A stretch of DNA of 64,000 bases from Owenweeksia sp. (GCA_965214115.1 CBDCAU010000008.1:156347-220346); one strand, 5' to 3'; shown: positions 40,327 through 50,210, counted from the stretch's first letter. Notes: generated from the letters alone by a model not told the origin. Translations and numbers: made by a program.

Positions 40327-41115
40327 TTAAAGATTCCCCAGCCTTCCCCCATCCACCGGCAGATTAATCCCATTAATGTACCCCGCCGCCGGACTGCACA
40401 AAAACGCAATCGCATTGGCAATTTCTTCCGGCTTCGCAAAGCGCTTCAGCGGCACTTCCGCCGTCATTTTTTTCTCCACCGCTTTTTCAGGCGTCCCCGT
40501 TTTTTTCGCCTTGTTTTCGATGATGGAACTGAGCCGCCCCGTCTCCGTCGCGCCCGGCAGCACGTTGTTCACGGTGATGCCGAATTCGCCCAGTTCATTG
40601 GACAAAGTCTTGCTCCAATTGGCCACCGCGCCACGAATCGTGTTGCTCACGCCGAGGTTGGGCAGCGGTGCTTTCACGCTGGTGCTGATTACGTTTACGA
40701 TGCGGCCGTACTTTGATTTTTGCATCCCCGGCAATAACAGTTTTACCAATAATTGATTGCACAACAAATGCTGCCGAAACGCATCCACAAATTCTTCCAA
40801 ATCTGCTTTATGCGCCGGGCCAGCAGGTGGGCCGCCCGTATTATTAATTAGAATATTAAAATCGTTGCCATTATTCAGACAACCCGAAACCACACTCTCC
40901 AATGAAACAGGATCATTAAAATCCGCCACCAAAAATTGGTGTTTTTGATTATGGCTGGTGCTGAGGTTTTTCTGCACTTTTTCCAGCTTTTCCGCATTCC
41001 GCGCCAGCAAGGTAATTTCCGCGCCCATCCGCGCCAGTTCTTCGGCGGCGGCCTTTCCGATGCCGTCAGAACTTCCGCATACGAGGGCTTTTTTATTGGT
41101 GAGATTTAAGTCCAT
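40327..41115 (-). CDS. SDR family oxidoreductase
   Basis: CGSSDGIG, NNTGGPP, SNTIR, NNVLPG, VDGG. Confidence 0.9.
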   Translation of the reverse strand: MDLNLTNKKALVCGSSDGIGKAAAEELARMGAEITLLARNAEKLEKVQKNLSTSHNQKHQFLVADFNDPVSLESVVSGCLNNGNDFNILINNTGGPPAGPAHKADLEEFVDAFRQHLLCNQLLVKLLLPGMQKSKYGRIVNVISTSVKAPLPNLGVSNTIRGAVANWSKTLSNELGEFGITVNNVLPGATETGRLSSIIENKAKKTGTPEKAVEKKMTAEVPLKRFAKPEEIANAIAFLCSPAAGYINGINLPVDGGRLGNL

Positions 41116-41195
41116 AGAAGAGTGTAATTTGTAATTGGGTAATTTATTGTAATTGGTAATTCAGTTGTAATTCGATAGTAATTCATTGTAATTTT

Positions 41196-41352
41196 CCTCC
41201 CCCGGCTCGTGCCTCGCCACCCCCTCAAAGAGGGGGATAGGGGCCGCCACCCCGAACCACGGAACGACTAAACTGGCGGTCTTCCAAAAAGTTGGAGCGT
41301 GCGCTGTCCCCCTCTTTGAGGGGGTGTCTCGGCTCAGCCGAGACGGGGGAGG
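41196..41352. repeat. REP doublet / MITE-like element (CCTCCCCCGG...CCCCTCAAAGAGGGGG family)
   Basis: Terminal inverted repeats flanked by degenerate octamer tracts. Confidence 0.75.
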
Positions 41353-41422
41353 TTTTCACTATTCCCCTAATTAACTAATTGTCCGATTGTCTCATTGGCA
41401 AATTGCCTAATTGTCCCATTGA

Positions 41423-42130
41423 CTAATTGTCCAATTGCCCCATTGTCTCATTCATTTTATCACTCTCCACCATCCCGTCCCGCAGCCGGATCACCCGCTT
41501 GGCGTGCAGCGCGATTTCCTCTTCGTGCGTCACCAAAATCACCGTGTTGCCGTTGCGATGGATTTCTTCAAACAAATTCATTATTTCGATGGAGGTTTTG
41601 CTATCCAAATTCCCCGTTGGTTCATCCGCCAAAATGATGGAGGGATTGTTCACCAGCGCCCGCGCCACGGCCACGCGCTGCCTTTGCCCGCCGCTGAGTT
41701 GGTTCGGCCGATGGTCCATCCGGTCGCCCAGCCCCACGGATTCCAAAACTTCCTCCGCGCGTTTTTTCCGAGCGGAACTGGACATCCCCGCGTAAACCAA
41801 AGGCAGCGTAACATTCTCCAAAGCGGTGCTGCGCGGCAATAAATTAAAAGTTTGGAAGACAAACCCAATCTCGCGGTTGCGGATTTCAGCCAGCTCATTG
41901 TCAGACAGTTGGCTTACGTCCTGTTCGTTCAGAATATACTCGCCGGAAGTGGGCGTGTCCAGACAGCCAATCAAATTCATCAAGGTAGATTTCCCGCTCC
42001 CGCTCGGCCCCATCAAAGCGACGTACTCGTTCCGCTTGATGTCCAAGTCAATGCTTTTCAGCACTTTAACGACTTGATTTCCAAGGGGAAAATTGCGGAT
42101 GATTTGGCGGAGACGGATGATTTCGTTCAT
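41423..42130 (-). CDS. ABC transporter ATP-binding protein (LolD/MacB-like)
   Basis: [27 protein letters not shown]. Confidence 0.95.
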   Translation of the reverse strand: MNEIIRLRQIIRNFPLGNQVVKVLKSIDLDIKRNEYVALMGPSGSGKSTLMNLIGCLDTPTSGEYILNEQDVSQLSDNELAEIRNREIGFVFQTFNLLPRSTALENVTLPLVYAGMSSSARKKRAEEVLESVGLGDRMDHRPNQLSGGQRQRVAVARALVNNPSIILADEPTGNLDSKTSIEIMNLFEEIHRNGNTVILVTHEEEIALHAKRVIRLRDGMVESDKMNETMGQLDN

Positions 42131-42245
42131 TTTTTTTCAATGTGCTAATCAGTCAATCGGACAGTTAGTCAATGAATAGGAGTGGGTAAAATTAGGAGAT
42201 AGAAATCGAACATCTTGTTAAAGATTTTAGCCGATTGTTTAGCAA

Positions 42246-42410
42246 ATTGTCCCATTGTCCCATTGTCCCATTGTCCCATTGTCCCATTGTCCCATTGTCC
42301 CATTGTCCCATTGTCCCATTGTCCCATTGTCCCATTGTCCCATTGTCCCATTGTCCCATTGTCCCATTGTCCCATTGTCCCATTGTCCCATTGTCCCATT
42401 GTCCCATTGT
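42246..42410. repeat. Octamer microsatellite (ATTGTCCC)x20
   Basis: Perfect tandem copies at 42246-42405 plus a partial unit; degenerate relatives at about 40291-40325 and 41369-41453. Confidence 0.95.
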
Positions 42411-42418
42411 CAAATTGA

Positions 42419-43417
42419 CTAATTCTCTTCATCTCCTTCATAAAAAGTTTTCACCGCCACCGCGTTCAGCCCCATTTCTTCGCGCAGCCACTTGGCGTAA
42501 ATATCTTGAAACCCGTGGGTTACATAAATATTTTCGGCTTCCGTTTCTTGGATCGCCATATTCAAACCTTGCCAATCGGCGTGGTCGGAAAGGACGAAGC
42601 CACGGTCGGCGGCGCGGCGGCGGCGTGCGCCACGCAGCGCCATCCAACCCGAACAAAAACCGGTGCTGTACGGCGTCATCTTCCGCGACCACGGCGTGCC
42701 GATGGCCGAGGGCGGGCAAACCACCATCGAACCTTTCAAATCCGCCTTCTTGGTTTCTTTGGTAATCAATTCGGTGTCAGGCAGTTCGATGCCTTGCTTG
42801 CGCAAAATCTCGTTGGTGTTTTCCACCGCGCCGTGGGTGTAGATTTTACCGATAGAAACGTCCAGCCCGCGTAAGATCCGCTGCGCTTTTCCCAGCGCAT
42901 AGCCCGCCAAGATGCTGGTTTTTCCTTCTTCTAAATTTTTGCGCCACCAGTTATTGATTTCTACGAAAATTTCAGATTGCGGCCGCCAAGTGTAAACGGG
43001 CAGCGCGAAGGTGCTTTCGGTAATAAAATGATGGCAGGGCACCGGCTGGAATCTCGCCGAAAGGCCGTCGTCCTCCAGTTTGTAATCGCCACTGGCCACC
43101 CAGATTTCGCCCTTATGTTCCACGCGAATCTGCGCCGAGCCGGGGATGTGGCCGGCGGGGTGGAAACTGAATTTCACGCCATTTATAGAAAAAATTTCTC
43201 CGTACGGAACGCCTCGGACGTCAATGTCTTCGCCCAAGCGGTGGCGCATCACGGGGAGGGAATCTTCCTGCGCCACGTATTTTTCCATCCCCCAGCGGCT
43301 GTGGTCGGCGTGGGCGTGGGTGATAAGGGCTTTCTTCACCGGTTTCCACGGGTCGATATACACATCGGCGGGCGGGCAGTAGATGCCGTTTTCGTTGAAA
43401 ACCAAAAGATTTTTCAT
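42419..43417 (-). CDS. Ligase-associated DNA damage response exonuclease (MBL/beta-CASP, TIGR04122-like)
   Basis: YIDPWKPV, ITHAHADH, AGHIPGS, SGDYK, ITESTF, LSDHADW. Confidence 0.9.
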   Translation of the reverse strand: MKNLLVFNENGIYCPPADVYIDPWKPVKKALITHAHADHSRWGMEKYVAQEDSLPVMRHRLGEDIDVRGVPYGEIFSINGVKFSFHPAGHIPGSAQIRVEHKGEIWVASGDYKLEDDGLSARFQPVPCHHFITESTFALPVYTWRPQSEIFVEINNWWRKNLEEGKTSILAGYALGKAQRILRGLDVSIGKIYTHGAVENTNEILRKQGIELPDTELITKETKKADLKGSMVVCPPSAIGTPWSRKMTPYSTGFCSGWMALRGARRRRAADRGFVLSDHADWQGLNMAIQETEAENIYVTHGFQDIYAKWLREEMGLNAVAVKTFYEGDEEN

Positions 43418-43480
43418 TGTGAAAAGAGACAAACGCGTTTCACTAAAAGTTTGATTTTATTTTGAAAATGCATCTGTTTT

Positions 43481-43875
43481 GCCACAAAGACGCAAAGAAC
43501 ATCAAGCTATCTGAGCTCGATTTATATTTTAAAAATTTAGATTTCGTCCAAGGTGCTGAAACCCATAGGGCCTGCCTGCGGTAGGCAGGTTTCCATATTT
43601 GTAGAACCGTTTCAAGCCTACGAAAAACGACCCCAGCGGGGTCGTATTACGCCAATATATGACCCCGATGGGGTCATAGTGTGGTCTAAATATTTTGCTA
43701 CAAATATTTGATGCCTACGGTATCTTAGCATTTTAAATAAATGACTGAATTTCAGTAATTTAAGTTATCTACATAGATTTTTTAAGAATCGAACTCAGGT
43801 AAGCTACCTTAATCTCAGCAAATAATTGGCTGCAATTCAGCGCAATAAACTTTGTGTCCTTAGTGTCTTTGTGGT
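43481..43875. mobile_element. Nested non-autonomous repeat composite (REP/MITE-like)
   Basis: Outer inverted repeat CCACAAAGAC.., inner inverted repeat AGCTATCTGAGCTCGATT/AATCGAACTCAGGTAAGCT, internal hairpins; no ORF. Confidence 0.6.
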
Positions 43876-44008
43876 CAATAATGAAAAACTTTAAAATGTT
43901 TCATTGCGGTTAAACTAAAACATTTTCTTAGAAAGTATTTTCTTACAATGAACTTTTTAGAAGCACATTTTTTAACTAATCCAATCGGAAATCTAAATTT
44001 TTAGGGAA

Positions 44009-45061
44009 ATGAAAAAACTGAGATTGACACCTTTTATCGCGGCTGCCGCCATTGCGATGAGCGGCTGCGCGCGGTCGTCCAATACGGTGGCCGAGGACGG
44101 CGACCCGGTGATTGATTTGAGCGAAAGCGCCGAAATGGACAATGGCGAAATGGAAGACAAAAGTGATTCGCCGGATTCCATCGTGGTGAATATGAAAGGA
44201 CTCTACCCCGAAGGCATCGACTATGATACAAAAAACGACCGCTTTCTAATTACCTCGCTGACCCAAGGCCAAGTGGGCGCAGTGGATTGGGAAGGAAATT
44301 ACTCCGTTTTGGTGAAAGACGACCAAGTGATTTCCGCCATCGGCATTTATATAGATGAAGAACGCGACCGGATTTTGGTGGCCACCAGCGACCCCGGCGC
44401 CAGTCCGAATTCTACTGAAGAAACCAAGCGCAAACAGGCGCATTTGGCCATTTATGATTTGGAAACGGGGGAGCGCGAAGCTCTTGTTGATTTAGATGCC
44501 TCAGGCGGTGGGCAGATGCATTTTGCCAACGACATCACCGTGGACGGCAGCGGGAATATCTACGTTACCAACAGTTTTTCGCCCATCATCTATAAAGTAG
44601 ATTTGGAAAACAAAGTGAAAATTTTGGCGAACAACGAAATTTGGTCGGCCAAGGAAGGGCAGTTTGGACTGAACGGAATCGTGTGGCATCCCGGCGGTTA
44701 TTTGGTGGTGGCGCATTCGGCGGCGGGCAAATTGTTCCGGCTGAACCCCGACCGGCCGTTGGAAATTTTGGAGATAAAAACCGACCAGCCGCTGCCCAAA
44801 GGCTTGGACGGACTGGAAATCACCCAAAACGGCGGGCTGGCCGTGGTATCCAACGCCAAGGGAAAAGTGATGCTTTTGGAAGGCACGGACAATTGGGAAA
44901 AAGCGAAGGTGAAAAGCGAATTTGAAGTGGGCAAGGTATTTCCTACCACCGCCGCCGCCGTAGATGGCGACCTCTACGTTTTGGAGGCGCACCTCGGCAA
45001 GCTGTTCGGCGGCAATGCCAACCACGAAAATTTCGTAATCCGAAGAGTGGATTTTAAATAA
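44009..45061 (+). CDS. SMP-30/gluconolactonase-like beta-propeller lipoprotein
   Basis: Lipobox AMSGC; YPEGI, FANDITVDGSGNIYVT, GLNGI, GLDGL. Confidence 0.82.
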   Translation: MKKLRLTPFIAAAAIAMSGCARSSNTVAEDGDPVIDLSESAEMDNGEMEDKSDSPDSIVVNMKGLYPEGIDYDTKNDRFLITSLTQGQVGAVDWEGNYSVLVKDDQVISAIGIYIDEERDRILVATSDPGASPNSTEETKRKQAHLAIYDLETGEREALVDLDASGGGQMHFANDITVDGSGNIYVTNSFSPIIYKVDLENKVKILANNEIWSAKEGQFGLNGIVWHPGGYLVVAHSAAGKLFRLNPDRPLEILEIKTDQPLPKGLDGLEITQNGGLAVVSNAKGKVMLLEGTDNWEKAKVKSEFEVGKVFPTTAAAVDGDLYVLEAHLGKLFGGNANHENFVIRRVDFK

Positions 45062-45148
45062 AGATTTTTTGTTTGACTACGAGAGCATCCGTTTTGTGGA
45101 AAGCGGGTGCTTTTTTTATTCGATTATTTTTACAAAAATTTTTACAAA

Positions 45149-45562
45149 ATGAGCAAAGCTCCCAAGCCCGTCGGCAGTTATCCCTTAGCCCGAAAAGCGG
45201 GTAACCTTTTGTTTTTGAGTGGCGTAGGGCCGCGCATCGCCGGCAGCGACGAGAACGACAGCGGCGTACCAGAACTGGAACTCGACCACAATGGCAATTT
45301 CAAATCCTTCGATTTTGGCGCGCAAGTCCGCTCCGTTTTTCAGAATGTGAAAAATATTCTCGAAGAACACGGCTCTTCGTGGGAAAAACTGGTGGACATC
45401 CAAGTTTTTTTGGTGAATATGAAACGGGATTTCCGCGAATTCAATCAAATCTACGCGGAGCTTTTCGCGGATTGCGACCCGAAACCTTGCCGGACGACCA
45501 TTGAAATCGGGAGTCTGCCTACGCCGATTGCGGTTGAATTGAAATGTGTGGCGGAGGTTTGA
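45149..45562 (+). CDS. RidA family protein (probable 2-aminomuconate deaminase)
   Basis: PVGSYP, LFLSGVGP, PCRTT, PIAVELK; start moved to ATG 45149. Confidence 0.85.
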   Translation: MSKAPKPVGSYPLARKAGNLLFLSGVGPRIAGSDENDSGVPELELDHNGNFKSFDFGAQVRSVFQNVKNILEEHGSSWEKLVDIQVFLVNMKRDFREFNQIYAELFADCDPKPCRTTIEIGSLPTPIAVELKCVAEV

Positions 45563-45718
45563 GGAGGGTAATTCGGTAGAAACTCTTGTGCAATTTTAAA
45601 TGGACGTGTGCCAAAATTTAAGGTAGTCCTGATACTTCGGTTTGAATGTTAATATCTTGGTTTGAAAATGTTTAGCGTAAATTCGCGTCCCATATTTAAA
45701 AAGTGTATTTTTAACACA

Positions 45719-45940
45719 ATGAATGTTTATCTCGAAAAAAAGCTAAAAGAATTGGGCATCGATGATATCCTTGACTACGATTACAAATCACACCGCCAAG
45801 CCACTCGCGAAAATTTGGTAAGTGCCAAAGTGCGCGGCAACGTTAGGATGCAGCAGAAAAAAGTGCTGACCGAAAAGGAGTTCTTGGCCAAGAAAGAATC
45901 CATTTTAGCTTCCAGCCGGTTGCTCCGCGCTAAAATTTAA
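45719..45940 (+). CDS. Small basic hypothetical protein (73 aa)
   Basis: MNVYLEKKLKELG...VRGNVRMQQKKVLTEKEF; lies 15 nt before the next gene. Confidence 0.6.
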   Translation: MNVYLEKKLKELGIDDILDYDYKSHRQATRENLVSAKVRGNVRMQQKKVLTEKEFLAKKESILASSRLLRAKI

Positions 45941-45955
45941 CCTAAATCTTCTTAT

Positions 45956-46614
45956 GTGCCTTCCTCCAAAGAGCAGATTTTTTTAGAAGGTTTTCAAAAC
46001 CTGCTTCCCCTCTATTTGAAGGTCAAAGAAAGGATTGCCTTGGCCGAAGAAATCTCCGGTGATGTTTATTTAGGTGCCATCAATGAAATGCGCAACGCGC
46101 TCGACCATCTGATGCGGGCCTATGAACGGCAGGAAAGCGGCATTGTCAAGGAACTGGAAGAATGCAAGGAACATTTGATAAGGGCGGCTTTTGACTCTTT
46201 TGACTTGGTGGCAATGGAACTATTGGAAAACAATGAAAGAAAATTCCAAGGTTTCAAAATAGAACTGATCGCCAAAATCTATCCTGATTATTTCAAGGAA
46301 TTTATTCCAAAACTGAATCAAATGCTTGAGGCCAAAGCGGCGGTAAGGGCTAAAAATACGATGACCTCATTGCCAAACCTTCCCTTACTCCTTCTGAAAA
46401 GTTTGACAAGATTTTTGAAAAATACGACCATCTGCTAACTGAAATACTCCAGCTTGACCAAGATGCTAACGGCCTTATTCCAACCCTCATAAAAGCTAAG
46501 GAGGAAGCCGAAATGCAAGCTCGAAAAAGAAAAAATTTCGATTGGATTAAAATTGCGGTTGCCGCCGTTTTGGGCGGGCTGCTCTCTTTGTTCGTCCGTT
46601 ATTTTATGATGTAA
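45956..46614 (+). pseudogene. All-helical protein with an RxxxxH (HEPN-like) motif and C-terminal TM helix; 1-nt frameshift in an A5 run
   Basis: NEMRNALDH. Adding one A at 46352-46356 gives a 219-aa ORF ending WIKIAVAAVLGGLLSLFVRYFMM*. Confidence 0.65.
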
Positions 46615-46745
46615 ATTAAGCGGAAATCACTTTTCATTTTTTCCCACCTCACAAAAAATCGAAAATCGAAGAAATCGAAAATTCTTCGGCGTTACGCTTT
46701 TTGCATATCTTGCCGTCCGCTTAACACAACTATCTCATTACTAAA

Positions 46746-47705
46746 ATGCTACACCCAACTCAGGACGCGCCGCGCATTTCCCGCGCAAGTGAATCCGACG
46801 CACTCTATCAAAAAATAATGGCGCGCGAGAACCTCTTCGTGAAAGCGCCGGCGGGGATGGGAAAAACCCACCTCATTCAAAAAACGATGGAAAATTTGGA
46901 AGGCCGCCGCGTCAGTTTTTATTCGTCTTTGCGGGGGTTGGATTCCATCGAAAAGTTTTTCAAAATGTTCCTTTTTGCCTTGCGCCGCACGATGGAAAAT
47001 CACGATAATGTGAATTTCCAGCTGGGCAAATTTCTCAATGAGAAAACCCAAACCGATTTTTCCCAAAAGGATGAAGCCGAAAAATTTATGCGCGAATTTT
47101 CCATCGTGCTGAGCCAGATTATGCAGGATTTTTTATTCGTTTTTGAAGATTTTGACCAATGGGAAGGGAGAGAGGATTTGCTGCCGATTTTGCTTTTGTT
47201 GGACTCTCAGAACAGTCAAAAGCTTATTTCATCCGAAAATGAAATGGAAATTTCCGAGGATTGGGAACGGTTTCCGTTGCGGCCGCTTGCGCGGGAAAAT
47301 GTGGAAAACGTGAGCGAAATCTCCATCGAAAACTTGGAAAACCTTTTGAATTGGACGCGCGGCAACACCGCTTTCTTTTTGGAAACCGCTGCATTTTACC
47401 CCGACAAACAGGATGTTGCAAAAACCAAAACCGCCGTTCTCAAAAAATACCACCCGCACTTTTCCTCCTTTAAAAAACGCTTCACGGATTTGCAATGGCG
47501 ACTTTTGAGAGCCTTGGCCAGCGCCGAAATCACCGCCCAGCCCCACGCTTTTGACTTCTTGGTCAAGCATAAATTGGGTGCGGCCAGCAGCGTGGAGCGA
47601 GCGCTGAAAAATTTGCTCGACACAGAAATGATTGAAAGATCAGAATACGGCTATTTTATAAAAAACGTGGCGCTGCAACGGTGGCTGCGCTGGGTGTATT
47701 TGTAA
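46746..47705 (+). CDS. P-loop ATPase with C-terminal wHTH (degenerate Walker A)
   Basis: APAGMGKT, FVFEDFD, ASSVERALKNL. Confidence 0.7.
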   Translation: MLHPTQDAPRISRASESDALYQKIMARENLFVKAPAGMGKTHLIQKTMENLEGRRVSFYSSLRGLDSIEKFFKMFLFALRRTMENHDNVNFQLGKFLNEKTQTDFSQKDEAEKFMREFSIVLSQIMQDFLFVFEDFDQWEGREDLLPILLLLDSQNSQKLISSENEMEISEDWERFPLRPLARENVENVSEISIENLENLLNWTRGNTAFFLETAAFYPDKQDVAKTKTAVLKKYHPHFSSFKKRFTDLQWRLLRALASAEITAQPHAFDFLVKHKLGAASSVERALKNLLDTEMIERSEYGYFIKNVALQRWLRWVYL

Positions 47706-47709
47706 AAAA

Positions 47710-48780
47710 TCATTCCGTTTCCGTCTCCGTTTTCAACCGATAAACCCACCGCTCCGATTTCAATGCCTTCACGATAAATGGGTCGAGGAAATCGCGCAGC
47801 CCACTCCCCTTCGGATAGGAAAAACTGTAGTAATCTGTTTTTAAATCCTTGGGGTTCAGTATCAAATCTTCGAATCCCATTTGGTTGAGGCCGTATTTTA
47901 ACAGCGGGCGGTCGTACACAAAAATGTCGATTTCGTCATTTTCCACCGCTGCCAAACCTTCGGAAACCGTTTTAAATTTCCGCGTTTCCACGCTGAAAAT
48001 ATCCAAATATTCCGCGCTGCTGCTGGCGGAAATTGTCCCGACCTCGAAGCGGCGCAAATCTTCCGCCGTATCGATTTTGGCATCCAGCGAGGATACCGTG
48101 AGCGCGCTGGCGATGCTGGCGGTGAGGCCGGAAATGAGCAAAATCGCGGCGAACATCCAGACGAACCCAATAATGCGGCCGGCGGTGGTTTCGGGGGCTT
48201 TATCGCCGTAGCCCACGGTGGTCATCGTCACGGCGCTCCACCAAAAACCGTGGCCCAGCCCGCGCATCCCGCCGCCGAATTGTTCCTTGTTTTTCTTGCG
48301 CTCTACCAGCCAAATCAAAAATCCGAAAATGAAAATCACCAAAACCAAACCCGCCACGGCCACCAAGAATTTCCAAGTGAAAATATTGCGCAAAACATCG
48401 AACCAGCCGCTGTCGTCCTTACGCACCATCGCCGTGCCGCTGATGTAAAATGGCTGGGCAAAATCGAGGAATTTCATCCGTTCTTCCGTTACCGTAATCG
48501 GATTGACGGACATATCCACCTCCTTGTTTTTCAGGGCGTTGAGAAGGTCGTCGAGGTTTTCGTACTCTCGAAATTCATAGCGGATTTGTGCCTCGCCTTC
48601 CACTTCGCTCCAAAAATCCAAGCTCAGACCATCGGGCGCCAAATCGTTGCGCAGTTCCACAAAGGGCGGCGCCTCCTTAATACCGACGGTGATGACGGAA
48701 TCGGTGAGGGAAGTGTCTTGGGCGTGGGGTTTTATCCCGAAAAGGAACAGGAAAGAAATTGCGAAAAGCCTAATTTTCAT
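47710..48780 (-). CDS. Ligand-gated K+ channel (GluR0-like): substrate-binding domain plus pore
   Basis: Split PBP domain (EAPPF, DMSVNPITVTEER) around TM-pore-TM with WWSAVTMTTVGYGD filter. Confidence 0.88.
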   Translation of the reverse strand: MKIRLFAISFLFLFGIKPHAQDTSLTDSVITVGIKEAPPFVELRNDLAPDGLSLDFWSEVEGEAQIRYEFREYENLDDLLNALKNKEVDMSVNPITVTEERMKFLDFAQPFYISGTAMVRKDDSGWFDVLRNIFTWKFLVAVAGLVLVIFIFGFLIWLVERKKNKEQFGGGMRGLGHGFWWSAVTMTTVGYGDKAPETTAGRIIGFVWMFAAILLISGLTASIASALTVSSLDAKIDTAEDLRRFEVGTISASSSAEYLDIFSVETRKFKTVSEGLAAVENDEIDIFVYDRPLLKYGLNQMGFEDLILNPKDLKTDYYSFSYPKGSGLRDFLDPFIVKALKSERWVYRLKTETETE

Positions 48781-48942
48781 TGAGTTGCGGGTTTATTTTT
48801 TAGCAATAAAGAAATGGGAAGCGGGCGGGAATTGTTCAGATTTTGGTTAAATCCAACTTTTATCGCTTATCCAATCACTTTAACATAAATTATTGGATTT
48901 TTACTTACTTTTATGGATTTAGTAAAATGAATATTCTTACAT

Positions 48943-49036
48943 AATCCAAAATTATTATGTTTGTTTAGGAATGAAATCCAAAATTATTATGTTTATTTGG
49001 GAATGAAATCCAAAATTATTATGTTTATTTGGGAAT
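48943..49036. repeat. Three tandem 32-bp direct repeats
   Basis: AATCCAAAATTATTATGTTTRTTTRGGAATGA at 48943, 48975 and 49007 (last copy 30 bp); no spacers. Confidence 0.9.
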
Positions 49037-49079
49037 TTGAAGATGAGTTGGTATTTTTGTGAACTCATTTTACTATCAA

Positions 49080-50210
49080 ATGATACTTCGGGAACAAATT
49101 GATTTTGTCCGCCAACGGCTTTTCCGAGGCAAGGCATTCATCATTTTCGGGCCACGCCAAGCCGGAAAAACCACTTTTGCTAAGCAACTTTTGGCTACTG
49201 AAGACCGAACCGTTTTTCATCTCAATGGAGATGACAGCGATGCACGGAATCTTCTTGCCCAACCCAATGCAACAATGTTAAGGGCACTGCTGGGCAAAAA
49301 TGAGATTTTCTTTTTGGACGAAGCCCAGCGTGTGCCCGACGCGGGACTTTTGATAAAAATTATAGTTGACCAAATTCCCGAAGTTCAGGTCATTGCCACG
49401 GGCTCCTCTTCTTTTGAATTGGCCAGCCATATCAACGAGCCGCTAACGGGCCGCAAATATGAGATGCAGCTTTTGCCACTTGCCTATCAGGAATTGGTGA
49501 GTCATACCGACCTTCTAACCGAAAATAGATTGTTAGAACAGCGGCTGGTTTTTGGCGCCTATCCAGAAATAGTGATGGATCCCATCAATGCGGAAGAACA
49601 CCTTAATTTATTGGCAAACAGTTATTTATATAAAGATGTCTTTGCATTGGAACAAATTCAAAAACCCAATCTTTTGGAGAAACTGGTGAAGGCGCTCGCC
49701 TTGCAAATCGGTAGCGAGGTGAACATCAACGAATTGAGCCGATTGCTGCGTGCCGACCACAAAACCATCGAAAAATACATACAGCTTTTGGAGTTGGCGT
49801 TCGTGATTTTTCAATTGCCCGCGCTAAACCGAAATGTGCGCACCGAAATCCGCAAAAGCCGCAAAATTTATTTTTTCGACAACGGGATTGTTAACGCCGT
49901 TACCGGAAATTTGAACCCATTGCACAACCGTAAAGACGTGGGCGCGCTTTGGGAAAATTACCTGATGAGCGAGCGCTATAAATATTTGGAATTCAAAAAG
50001 ATACGCGCCAAACAACTGTTTTGGCGCACCACGCAGCAACAGGAAATCGACTACATCGAAGAGACGTTTGACACAATGCTGGCCGCCGAATTCAAATGGA
50101 ATCCGAGCCGCAAAACCAACTTTTCAAAAACTTTTTTGCGCGCTTATCCCGAAGCGGAAACGCTGGTGGTGACGCCGGAAAACCGGCACGTGTTTTTGAC
50201 CGTTTCATAG
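49080..50210 (+). CDS. AAA_14 ATPase with DUF4143
   Basis: GPRQAGKT, FLDEAQ, ATGSSS, LTGR, GAYPE, KIYFFDNG, WENYL, EIDYI..AAEFKW. Confidence 0.9.
   Translation: MILREQIDFVRQRLFRGKAFIIFGPRQAGKTTFAKQLLATEDRTVFHLNGDDSDARNLLAQPNATMLRALLGKNEIFFLDEAQRVPDAGLLIKIIVDQIPEVQVIATGSSSFELASHINEPLTGRKYEMQLLPLAYQELVSHTDLLTENRLLEQRLVFGAYPEIVMDPINAEEHLNLLANSYLYKDVFALEQIQKPNLLEKLVKALALQIGSEVNINELSRLLRADHKTIEKYIQLLELAFVIFQLPALNRNVRTEIRKSRKIYFFDNGIVNAVTGNLNPLHNRKDVGALWENYLMSERYKYLEFKKIRAKQLFWRTTQQQEIDYIEETFDTMLAAEFKWNPSRKTNFSKTFLRAYPEAETLVVTPENRHVFLTVS

Noticed and set aside
42169-42765. ORFs with MGQWDNGT / HCPIVPLS repeats
   Set aside because: They are translations of the 8-bp microsatellite in several frames, not genes
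38781-45562. Complete kynurenine (tryptophan catabolism) operon
   Set aside because: Only ALDH, SDR and RidA candidates are present and they are dispersed; kynureninase, 3-HAO and ACMSD genes are not in the window
48943-49036. Possible CRISPR array (32-bp repeats)
   Set aside because: The repeats are contiguous with no spacers, and no cas genes are present
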